64,000 nucleotides of DNA, taken from contig JAFSRI010000053.1 in assembly GCA_017446155.1 (NCBI GenBank), forward strand, positions 78,018 to 142,017. The letters are read 5' to 3'. Below the pieces are notes generated by a model. It was not told the DNA's origin. It saw only the letters and a list, made by a program, of their open reading frames with translations, and made no database searches. The translations under genes were made by a program, and so were the position numbers. Shown here piece after piece: positions 1 to 8,339 of this stretch. Position 1 is the stretch's first letter. Every line of letters begins with the position of its first letter. This DNA is from Clostridia bacterium. Its GTDB lineage: Bacteria; Bacillota; Clostridia; Oscillospirales; CAG-272.

Positions 1-39
1 GGGTATTAAACTTTATTTATTATACCAAATAATATTGTT

Positions 40-68
40 TTGTCAAGAGTTTAACTGGCCTTTATAAT
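40..68 (+). promoter_or_regulatory. orphan sigma-70-type promoter
   Basis: TTGTCA(40-45), 17-nt spacer, TATAAT(63-68). No ORF with an RBS follows for about 440 nt. Confidence 0.4.
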
Positions 69-320
69 ATATTTTTTATTTTAACTGCATTAATTTTGGA
101 TTGTATTACAGTAAGTTTAGGGAAAAACGATATAAATGTTTTTTTTAGAAACATTCTGAAAAACCGCAAGCAACGCGGCAGCAAAAAAGAGAATAAACCA
201 ATTAACCGTTAAAAAATGAAATCAGACTCGGAAGATATGAATACTTACCGCGAGTTAAAAAAGAAAAACGGCGTGTACAGGTTCTTCTCCTGTGGGAAAA
301 TATAAAAATTCAAATTTGCA

Positions 321-439
321 CGCCCGCGACGTGGCGCGAAGCGCCCGGCGCGCCGCGGCGGGAGGTATTGTAGGAATAAATAAAAAACGCCACGCCGCGG
401 CGCGATAGTTTTCGCCGACGGCGAAAACCGTCGCGGGCG
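321..439. repeat. GC-rich nested inverted repeats (predicted four-helix element)
   Basis: All arms are perfect. CGCCCGCGACG 321-331 pairs with 429-439. GGCGC-GAA-GCGCC lies at 333-345. CGCGCCGCGGCG 349-360 pairs with 393-404. TTTTCGCC-GAC-GGCGAAAA lies at 409-427. Confidence 0.7.
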
Positions 440-453
440 ATAAAACAAAAAAC

Positions 454-482
454 TTGCAAATAAACGCCGACTGTGCTATCAT
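454..482 (+). promoter_or_regulatory. sigma-70-type promoter of the 507 CDS
   Basis: TTGCAA(454-459), 17 nt, TATCAT(477-482) with TGc extended -10. GGAGG RBS lies before the ATG at 507. Confidence 0.45.
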
Positions 483-506
483 AATCAAAACGGAGGAAGT
501 TTTTAT

Positions 507-1181
507 ATGTACGAAAAAGAACTGGAAAAATTACTCACGGAAAAGGGAGCGGATATGGTCGGCTTTTCATATCTCGGCGACAGCGTCAGCCCCGATTATC
601 CGCAATATAAATATGCGGTGACGATTCTGCGTCGGCTATCAAAGGCCGTGTTGGATACGATTGACGGTGCGCCGACGATGGCATATTTTCAGCATTACCG
701 TGCCACAAACGCCAGGCTTGACAGTATCACCCTTGACGGAATTTCGTTTATTGAGGACATGGGATATTTGGCGCTGCCGGTTGCCGCCTCACAAAGCACG
801 CCCGATAAAAAAGAAGAATATCGCGGGATATTCCCACACAAAACGGGCGCGGTGCTCTCCGGACTTGGATATATAGGCAAAAACGGGCTTTTGCTCACAG
901 AAAAATTCGGTTCAGCCGTAAGAATGGCGACAATACTTACCGATATGCCGCTTGAACCTCAAAGACCGATGCTTGAATGTTTGTGCGGTGATTGTATGAT
1001 CTGTAAAAACGCATGTCCGGCAGGCGCAATCACGGGCGAGATATACGTTCCCGGCGCACCGAGAAATACGATATTTGACGCGAAGAAATGCTCGGAACAT
1101 ATGAAAACATATAAGAACATTGGCCGCGGCGCCGTGTGCGGACTCTGCATGGCGGCATGCCCGAAGAACAAACGGATGTAA
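507..1181 (+). CDS. 4Fe-4S dicluster protein, epoxyqueuosine reductase (QueG)-like
   Basis: Two ferredoxin-type Cys clusters (CGDCMICKNACP and CGLCMAACP). Good RBS. Confidence 0.6.
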   Translation: MYEKELEKLLTEKGADMVGFSYLGDSVSPDYPQYKYAVTILRRLSKAVLDTIDGAPTMAYFQHYRATNARLDSITLDGISFIEDMGYLALPVAASQSTPDKKEEYRGIFPHKTGAVLSGLGYIGKNGLLLTEKFGSAVRMATILTDMPLEPQRPMLECLCGDCMICKNACPAGAITGEIYVPGAPRNTIFDAKKCSEHMKTYKNIGRGAVCGLCMAACPKNKRM

Positions 1182-1232
1182 ATTCAAAAAACCTTACAGT
1201 AAAACGATAATCAATATATTATACTCATGTAT

Positions 1233-1267
1233 AAAACCCCTGCGGGCGAGAGCCGGCAGGGGTTTTT
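1233..1267. terminator. bidirectional intrinsic terminator between convergent genes
   Basis: CCCCTGC(1237-1243)/GCAGGGG(1256-1262) stem, with an A-run before and a T-run after. Confidence 0.7.
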
Positions 1268-1276
1268 GATGCTTAT

Positions 1277-1732
1277 TTACAAAACAAAATCTTCAATACT
1301 TTTCACAGTTTGCTCGGGCTCGTTCAAGGGCTGCTTCAACGAAAGCACTTTTGCTGCCGGAAATTTTTCTTTCAGTTTTGCCGTTGCTTTTTCTGCGTTT
1401 CCGCTTCCGCTGTAAAGAACGAAATCAACACCCTCCGTTCTGTCACCGAGAAGTTCTATTATCGTATTTGCGGCACATGCGAGATGTGCGTTCCAAATCG
1501 GAGTTCCGACAACTATTCTCTCGCAGTCGCTGAAATCTACGCCGAGGTCGTTTATTTTTGACTTATGCCCGATGCTGGCGAGAAAGCCTCCTTTAAGTAT
1601 GCGGGCTACCATGCTTTTCGGCATGCTTTTTGTTTCCTCTGCTCTTACCGTTTTATATCCGTGCTTGCTGAATTCTTTCGCCACGGCGTCGCCATTGCCG
1701 CTTAAACTGTAATAAACAAATAACTTTTCCAT
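1277..1732 (-). CDS. flavodoxin
   Basis: 151 aa. N-terminal MEKLFVYYSLSGNG FMN-loop-like motif. GGAGG RBS. Confidence 0.7.
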   Translation of the reverse strand: MEKLFVYYSLSGNGDAVAKEFSKHGYKTVRAEETKSMPKSMVARILKGGFLASIGHKSKINDLGVDFSDCERIVVGTPIWNAHLACAANTIIELLGDRTEGVDFVLYSGSGNAEKATAKLKEKFPAAKVLSLKQPLNEPEQTVKSIEDFVL

Positions 1733-1933
1733 ACTATACCTCCGTTTGATATTGTTTCTGCAAAAATTCTATCATTACACGCAGAAAAAGTCAATCGGTT
1801 ATATAAAAATTCTTTTTTTGCGAATAAAAAAACAGAAAATACATGAGTCGCAAAGGGCTTAAAAACTTTGTTTGTCGGAGGTTGCACCGTTTGTTTGATA
1901 CAAACGAACGTTGGCAAATGCCGTGTTCTTAAA

Positions 1934-4375
1934 TTATCCGCTATCTGCAACGGGATCTTTACCGTCAACGCCGCGCCGGCGGAAGAAAAAGTCGAAAATA
2001 TCGTAGCGTGTGTTGAAATGCCGGCAAGCGCGATTGTACGCTTTTGCAACACCCGACGTGCCGAAAAACTCGTTTTCCCGGCGCAGACTGTCAAAAAACG
2101 CCGTGCTCTCGTCATATGAGGGTTCCATGCCGAACGGAAGTGTTTTGTAAACGTATTGCGCATCGGTTATTTTCACCTGAGTTGGAAAACTGCGATTTAC
2201 CTTTATGAGTGCGGCTTTGTGCGTGTGCTCGCGGCAATTCCCGAGCGACACCCCGCCGCTTTCGCAAATATCAACCTCAACGTGCGTCGAGCATGAAAGG
2301 GTAGGTTCCGTACCTTTTATAAAATATCCGACCTCGTTTCTTTTTCCTCTCGGGTCAAGTGAGCAAACGCTTGTTTCAAGCATCCCCGAATCTTTGCAGA
2401 AAGTGCATTGAATGACGTTTTCACTGTGGTCAAATTTTGTTTTCGGTGAGTCGAGCATGGCTGTGACGCGCGTCATCACTCCGTCAAAAATCAGCGCCGC
2501 CGGATTTGCCGTAAAGCTGCCGAGATCGCGCGCGTCCTTATACCCATACCACACTCCGCATATCAGGTCAGGCGTGTAGCCGATGAACCACCTGTCTGTA
2601 TTTGCGTTTGACGTTCCGGTTTTTCCGGCTACATCTGTCCTGTTTTTCAATGTGATACATGACGCCGTGCCTCCCGGTGTCAAAACCTGTTGCATCAATC
2701 GCGTCATTATCTCGGCGGTGTCAGGGGAAATCGCCTCTCGCGCATTTCCGTCGCAGGAGAGCAAGAGCTCGCCGTTTTTATTATATACGGCTGTATAAAA
2801 ATGCGGCGTGCTGACGTATCCTCCGTTTGCAAACATTGTATAAGCGCCAGTCATTTCAAGCAATGACGCGCCGTCGCTCAGCGCCCCCAATGCAAGAGGT
2901 GCCGGTGCGACGTCGGACACAACGCCGCCCGTGGCGCTCCTCGACTCGACGAGAGTCGTGATGCCCACCGTATCTCGAAGAAAATCAAACGACGTGCGAT
3001 AACCGAGTTTTTCCAGCACTTTCACCGAAACGGTGTTTATCGAAGTTTTTATCGCTTGATTTACGTTCACAAGCCCGGAGTATACCCTTGGATTGTTTTT
3101 CGGCCAACCGACAAGCCCGCCGTCGCTCTCGACAAACGAAACGGGCACGTCGTCGAATACGCTCGCCCATGTTATGATTTGTTTGTCTATTGCCGGCGCA
3201 TATACCGAAACGGGTTTTATGACGGACCCCGGCGTTCTCAACATTCCCGTAGCAAGGCAAAGGCTTCTGTCTTGTCTTTTTTCGCCTTTTCCACCGACTA
3301 TCGCAAGCACCCCTCCGCTTTTATCCATTATCACCGCTGCCGACTGTGCCGATACTCCCGACGTATTTGAAGGGATGTTTGATACGTTTGTATAATATTC
3401 GGATAACATCGACTGCATCTCGATATTTTGTGTTGTATATATTGTTAGTCCGCCGCCGTAAAGCAGGTTTGCCGCAACAGTTCGCGACAAGCCTTTTTCG
3501 CGGCATAGGTCGTCTATCACCTGTTCTATAAGACAATCGGTAAACCATGTGTTCTTAGCTGCCGATTTCTTTTGCAAAGTTATTTTCAGCCCCAATTCCG
3601 CATCCTTTTCAACGTTATAAAGCTCGTCTGAAAGATAACCGAGCTCGTTCATTCTTGCGAGTATCACATTGCGTCGCTCTATGTTGTTTTCCGGGTTTGC
3701 AATAGGGTCATACCTTGTCGGGTAACGGATGATTGCGGCAAGGGATGCTCCCTCGGCTATCGTCAGCTCCGTCGCTTTTTTTCCGAAATATTTTTCCGCC
3801 GCTGTTTCTATTCCGTAACAGCCTTGTGAAAGATATACGGTGTTTAGATACATCTCGATTATCTCCCGCTTTGAATATTTCTTTTCAATGTCGGTCGCGC
3901 GTAAGAGTTCGGTCAGCTTGCGTTTCACCGTTATTTGATTTTCTCCGGTGAGATTTTTTATCAACTGTTGAGTTATCGTCGAGCCGCCGTAACTTTGCGC
4001 CGACGGGGTGATGAAGTTTATCACCGCCCCGAGCGTGCGGTAAATGTCAAATCCGCCGTGATGCCAAAAGCGGTGATCTTCTATTGCAATAAACGCGTCG
4101 ACGACGTGCTGGGGAATATCGTCGATGCTGACGAATATCCTGTTTTCCGCCCCATACAACCGCTGAGATTCAAGTTCGATCGATGCGCCGAGCGAATTCA
4201 AAGCGTAAATTTTCGTCGTCAGTCCTTGCTCAGAGAAAAGCTCGTCTATATTGAGCGTGGCATCTATTGTTTTTGCATAATTTATAAATACTGAGGCGAC
4301 GATCACGGAGGATACTATCGCCGCGAGAAAAAGGAAAAGCAGCGTTTTTCCGAGAAAACGCAGAGGTTTTTTCAT
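1934..4375 (-). CDS. class A penicillin-binding protein (glycosyltransferase + transpeptidase)
   Basis: N-terminal TM helix. GT51 motifs EDHRFWHHGG and GGSTITQQL. Transpeptidase SxxK (GSVIKP). Confidence 0.9.
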   Translation of the reverse strand: MKKPLRFLGKTLLFLFLAAIVSSVIVASVFINYAKTIDATLNIDELFSEQGLTTKIYALNSLGASIELESQRLYGAENRIFVSIDDIPQHVVDAFIAIEDHRFWHHGGFDIYRTLGAVINFITPSAQSYGGSTITQQLIKNLTGENQITVKRKLTELLRATDIEKKYSKREIIEMYLNTVYLSQGCYGIETAAEKYFGKKATELTIAEGASLAAIIRYPTRYDPIANPENNIERRNVILARMNELGYLSDELYNVEKDAELGLKITLQKKSAAKNTWFTDCLIEQVIDDLCREKGLSRTVAANLLYGGGLTIYTTQNIEMQSMLSEYYTNVSNIPSNTSGVSAQSAAVIMDKSGGVLAIVGGKGEKRQDRSLCLATGMLRTPGSVIKPVSVYAPAIDKQIITWASVFDDVPVSFVESDGGLVGWPKNNPRVYSGLVNVNQAIKTSINTVSVKVLEKLGYRTSFDFLRDTVGITTLVESRSATGGVVSDVAPAPLALGALSDGASLLEMTGAYTMFANGGYVSTPHFYTAVYNKNGELLLSCDGNAREAISPDTAEIMTRLMQQVLTPGGTASCITLKNRTDVAGKTGTSNANTDRWFIGYTPDLICGVWYGYKDARDLGSFTANPAALIFDGVMTRVTAMLDSPKTKFDHSENVIQCTFCKDSGMLETSVCSLDPRGKRNEVGYFIKGTEPTLSCSTHVEVDICESGGVSLGNCREHTHKAALIKVNRSFPTQVKITDAQYVYKTLPFGMEPSYDESTAFFDSLRRENEFFGTSGVAKAYNRACRHFNTRYDIFDFFFRRRGVDGKDPVADSG

Positions 4376-4466
4376 ATGTTCACCCGATTAAAAATATTAT
4401 ATGAATATTATGGATTTGTTCGTCAATAATATGTGTGATCAATATAATATGGCAAGAGGTGGTAAA

Positions 4467-4850
4467 ATGGAAACTGCAAACAGATTTGCGGCGGGGATGA
4501 TCGCCCTGCTTTCGGTTGTGGCGGTCATAATTGCCGTCATCACCATGTCGGTGTGCTTTTCAATAAAGGCAACGGTTGAGGCAAGCGCGGGAAAGCCGGA
4601 CGACGCGGTAGCGGCTGCGGCAACGGACAAAACGGCGACAAAAAACGATGGAGAAACGAAAAAAGCGCTTTACAAACTTATCTCCGAGGACGGCGTTATC
4701 GCCGTAAAGGACGCCGACGGCAAGACCGTGAGGACGCTTGTGACGCAGGTGAAATTCTTAACCGACAACGACAGGGAGCTGTTGAACCGAGGTATTGAGG
4801 TTTTCTCAGATGAGGAACTTGAAACACTTGTGCAGGACTACGAAAACTGA
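4467..4850 (+). CDS. membrane-anchored hypothetical protein (BofC C-terminal-like domain, tentative)
   Basis: The ATG at 4467 has an AGAGGTGG RBS; the track start at 4401 has none. One TM helix, then an Ala/Thr linker and a small C-terminal domain. Confidence 0.55.
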   Translation: METANRFAAGMIALLSVVAVIIAVITMSVCFSIKATVEASAGKPDDAVAAAATDKTATKNDGETKKALYKLISEDGVIAVKDADGKTVRTLVTQVKFLTDNDRELLNRGIEVFSDEELETLVQDYEN

Positions 4851-5027
4851 AAAAGAAGAGGAACGGGATTACCGTTCCTTTTCTTTTGCAAATATTGGTC
4901 GGCGACGCGGTTGACGCATCATATTTCCGAAAAAATGTATATAAAATCGCTTGAAAAACAACGAACACAAACTGATTTATACTTATGTATAAAAATAGAA
5001 AGCCTTGCTGTTGCAAGGCTTTCTGAA

Positions 5028-5705
5028 TTAATCCTCATAATTTGAAGTTGAATCTGAAACGGGAACGGCAAAGAACGTAAGCGGATCAACAGATACGTTT
5101 TCACCGATAAATTCAAAGTGAAGATGCGGTGAATCGGATATTTCGACAAGCGCCGTGTCGCCTACATATCCGATAGTGTCGCCTGCCGAAACTTTTGTGC
5201 CGATTTTAATGTTTTCAGGTAGTTTTGTTTGCAGATTTTTATATATGCTTTGGTATCCTTCCGCATGGGTGATTGTAATCGTCTGTCCCATCATCGGGTC
5301 TGCTTTTACCTCTGTTATTGTTCCGTCGGCACAAGCCATGACCGCCGTCCCCGCGTCGGCTGTAATATCGATGCCCGAATGAACGCGATAATCTTCCATT
5401 GTGAGCGACCACACGGGAACGTCAGCCGAAAATACTTTTCCGAGTACACCGCCGGATACCGGGCAGATGATCTCATCCGGTTTTGCTACAACGGGGTTGT
5501 CGGTCGGCTTTTCGGTTGCGGTCGTCGTTGTAGATGACGTTGTTTCCGTATTCGACGTTTCTGAGGTGTTTGTTGACTCGATCGGCTTTTTGCGGCTTGA
5601 TGAGGCAAATGCGATGATTGTGACGCTGACCGTTACGGCGAGCAACAACGCCAGCGCTATCGAAAGCCCACGGTTGAGTTGTCTTTTCTTTTGATTTTTA
5701 TTCAT
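5028..5705 (-). CDS. M23 (LytM) family metallopeptidase
   Basis: TM anchor and Ser/Thr-rich linker. HSGIDI (HxxxD) and HLHFE motifs. Confidence 0.85.
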   Translation of the reverse strand: MNKNQKKRQLNRGLSIALALLLAVTVSVTIIAFASSSRKKPIESTNTSETSNTETTSSTTTTATEKPTDNPVVAKPDEIICPVSGGVLGKVFSADVPVWSLTMEDYRVHSGIDITADAGTAVMACADGTITEVKADPMMGQTITITHAEGYQSIYKNLQTKLPENIKIGTKVSAGDTIGYVGDTALVEISDSPHLHFEFIGENVSVDPLTFFAVPVSDSTSNYED

Positions 5706-6004
5706 GTTTAATTTTTTCCTTTCCGCACTTGGCGATAAAATTTTTCAAATGTATTTTTGCCTTGTTTTTTAACTTTATGCAAAAATCGGAAAAAAGTAAG
5801 CGGGAAGGGTGGAATTAGAAAAAATTGCACCGATGATGCAAACAGCGCGTATTTATAATAAGAAATTTTGATTTACCGTATTGTCAATAAAGACATAAGT
5901 TATTTTTCTGCAAATAAGCCGATACTGTTTATTAACATGGCGAAAGACATAACAAACAAAACGTTACGCGGGTAAATCATGATTTTACACAATCGTATTA
6001 AATA

Positions 6005-6035
6005 TAAAAAAGTCCCGCACAAGCAGGACTTTTTG
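6005..6035. terminator. intrinsic terminator downstream of the 6053 CDS
   Basis: AGTCC...GGACT hairpin flanked by an A-run and a T-run. Confidence 0.5.
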
Positions 6036-6052
6036 TGATTTATCAAATAAAA

Positions 6053-6439
6053 TTATTTTTTGTTTTCCTCTTTTGCCGAGTCACCTTTTGTCGATTCCGC
6101 AAGAGAGTTTTTCTTTTCGGTTTTGATCTCCCATTGAATGAGGAACGACAACGCCGCACGGAGCAAAATTACGGCGCCGAGAATAAGCAATTCTTCCCAG
6201 TCGCGCACAATCACTGTGCGGAGAAGCTCTCCGCCTATCTTAAATTCCAGCGCAAGTGCAATTCCTTCCGCTAAATCAAGACGCAGGCGCGGCTTCTTTT
6301 TGAACAGCCCTATCACCGCTTTTGCGATTGCCCAAATCAACACGCAAACGCCGATAAGTTCTATTATCAATATGGCGTATTGAATGATCATATCAAACAC
6401 GCCCTCAACTGTCTTATATATGGAATCCATAGACGCCAC
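6053..6439 (-). CDS. small integral membrane protein (DUF1622-like, from memory)
   Basis: 128 aa with 3-4 hydrophobic helices and a Lys/Glu-rich tail. Confidence 0.55.
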   Translation of the reverse strand: MASMDSIYKTVEGVFDMIIQYAILIIELIGVCVLIWAIAKAVIGLFKKKPRLRLDLAEGIALALEFKIGGELLRTVIVRDWEELLILGAVILLRAALSFLIQWEIKTEKKNSLAESTKGDSAKEENKK

Positions 6440-6491
6440 CTCGCTTTTTTGATATTATACAAACGTATTTATTTCTGTTTTAACTTGTTGT

Positions 6492-7757
6492 TTATTTCTT
6501 TTCCGCCGGCTTTTTGCCGAGATATTTATTGACTCTTTCAACCATGTTGTCGGGCATTTTCCTGTCAATGGGGAACACCACGGAGTTGATAAATCTGTCA
6601 CAGACGATTTCGACAAATTGAGCCGTCGCGGCGAGAGTTTTTGCGTTAAGACGGCTGATTACGTCATGGCGGCAGTGAATCTGAGAGAAACCGCCGGCTG
6701 CCTGACGGAGGAAGTTGATTGCCGGGATACCTTTGTCGGCAAACGGGATGCCGTCTGACGAGTAAATATCCTGCCAAACTGCGGCGGGGAAGCCGATCTC
6801 TTTTGAAATATAGCTTATCGCGTGAACTAACGCCTCTTCGCCCGTTACGCGCGCGCAGTCGCGACCGAGAAGGGGACCTGTCATGTCTACGTTTACGCAA
6901 AGACGAATGTTTTCAAGCAAATCTTCGTGTGCTGCAACGTAAGCCTTACTTCCGAGAAGTCCGCGCTCCTCGGAACCTGTGAAAATAAATCTTACGGTGC
7001 GCTTGGGTGCGTTTTTTGCATAGTGACGCGCCATTTCAAGCAACGTAACGACGCCTGTCAGATTGTCAAAAATTCCGTGAGAGAACACGACTGAATCGTA
7101 ATGAGCCGTAAAAACTATTACCTCATCGGATCTTTCGGTGCCTTTTATCTCGGTGATAACGTTGCGTGAATCCGCCTCGCCCTCGTCTTGGACGAGCGTG
7201 AGATGAACGCGGCTCGCGCCTTTTTCTATCATCTGCTGTGCGTCGTTTATATGAATGCAAACAGTGGGAAGCACGCCTTTTTCGATCATTGCGGGGCGGA
7301 GCATACGCTCGTCAAGATCATATTCTCCTTTTTTGTCAAGCCAGTTGCCGCCTACGCCGATCAGCGCCACAGCACCCGCTTTTATAAGTTTTTCAAAGCC
7401 GCTTGCGTTGATGCCGCCGCAAAACAGCACGATTTTGCCCTTGACGTCGAGCAGATCCAGCTCGTCGAAACCATCGACGTATGTAAAATCGGTCTCAATT
7501 CCTTCCTCGGCTGTACTACCGGAAAAACCATAGCCTGTTACGGTATATTCTTTTTTGAACGGTTCAGTTACTTCGAGCTTTGCCGTTTTTACCTCGTAAT
7601 GCGGCGCTTTAAATGTTTCTACCGTCGGCTCGACTCCTATCTCTCTTAGCATATCGCAAAGCATTTCCGCCGCTTTTGTTTCGCCTTCATATGTGGAAAG
7701 ACGAACAAAATCAAATTTTTTAAGTGTTTGATACATTCTGTTTCCCGAAATATCCAT
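6492..7757 (-). CDS. M28 family aminopeptidase
   Basis: FTGSEERGLLGSKAY zinc-ligand block and a PA-like insert. AGGAGA RBS. Confidence 0.8.
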   Translation of the reverse strand: MDISGNRMYQTLKKFDFVRLSTYEGETKAAEMLCDMLREIGVEPTVETFKAPHYEVKTAKLEVTEPFKKEYTVTGYGFSGSTAEEGIETDFTYVDGFDELDLLDVKGKIVLFCGGINASGFEKLIKAGAVALIGVGGNWLDKKGEYDLDERMLRPAMIEKGVLPTVCIHINDAQQMIEKGASRVHLTLVQDEGEADSRNVITEIKGTERSDEVIVFTAHYDSVVFSHGIFDNLTGVVTLLEMARHYAKNAPKRTVRFIFTGSEERGLLGSKAYVAAHEDLLENIRLCVNVDMTGPLLGRDCARVTGEEALVHAISYISKEIGFPAAVWQDIYSSDGIPFADKGIPAINFLRQAAGGFSQIHCRHDVISRLNAKTLAATAQFVEIVCDRFINSVVFPIDRKMPDNMVERVNKYLGKKPAEKK

Positions 7758-7921
7758 ATTACGTTCTCTCCTTTGGGGGTGTAAAGTTTATTCACTTTAT
7801 TCTACTACCGAATGACAAAAAAGTCAATAAAATAAAAGAAAAACCGAGAACGTGAACGCTCTCGGCAATCTTTTGTAAAACGTGATTATTGCGATATGTA
7901 ACAAAGTTTTGACGGAAATAT

Positions 7922-8188
7922 TTATTTTTCCAAGATCTTTTTAAGTACCGCAAGTATCGTTGCAAATACGATGTGGCTCGCGCAGGCGCTTATACCGTTT
8001 GCAAAACCGTTTATGATCACTCTGAATCCTGCGCCGCCGAGAAAGCTGATTACGCCGGATACAAAATAAAACAAAAACGATATTGCGGCAAGCGCAACGC
8101 ACACGGCTATGATTATGGGAAGAAATTTAATGAGGAGGTCAGGCAGGGCGTTCAAAATATTTTTCGGATTATTGTTGTTTTGATCCAT
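7922..8188 (-). CDS. small hypothetical membrane protein
   Basis: 88 aa with two hydrophobic helices. No recognisable motif. Confidence 0.45.
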   Translation of the reverse strand: MDQNNNNPKNILNALPDLLIKFLPIIIAVCVALAAISFLFYFVSGVISFLGGAGFRVIINGFANGISACASHIVFATILAVLKKILEK

Positions 8189-8300
8189 AAATTTTCTCCT
8201 TTTAATGTTTTATTTGGGCTTTGCAAGTTCAGTATACCGTCAATTAAGCCATATGTCAATAGTTCCTATAAAAAACGCAGTATAATGCAAAGCGCGGCAA

Positions 8301-8327
8301 AACAAAAACGCCCCGCGGGGCGTTTTT
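8301..8327. terminator. intrinsic terminator ending the dehydrogenase operon
   Basis: ACGCCCC-GC-GGGGCGT palindrome (8308-8323) between an A-run and a T-run. Confidence 0.7.
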
Positions 8328-8339
8328 GTTTTATATTAC

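Noticed and set aside
245-488. ORFs 245-448 and 255-488 (minus strand) across the GC-rich element.
   Set aside because: Their Arg/Pro/Ala-rich translations are produced by the CG-rich palindromes. They have no RBS and they overlap each other. I treated the region as non-coding structured DNA or RNA.
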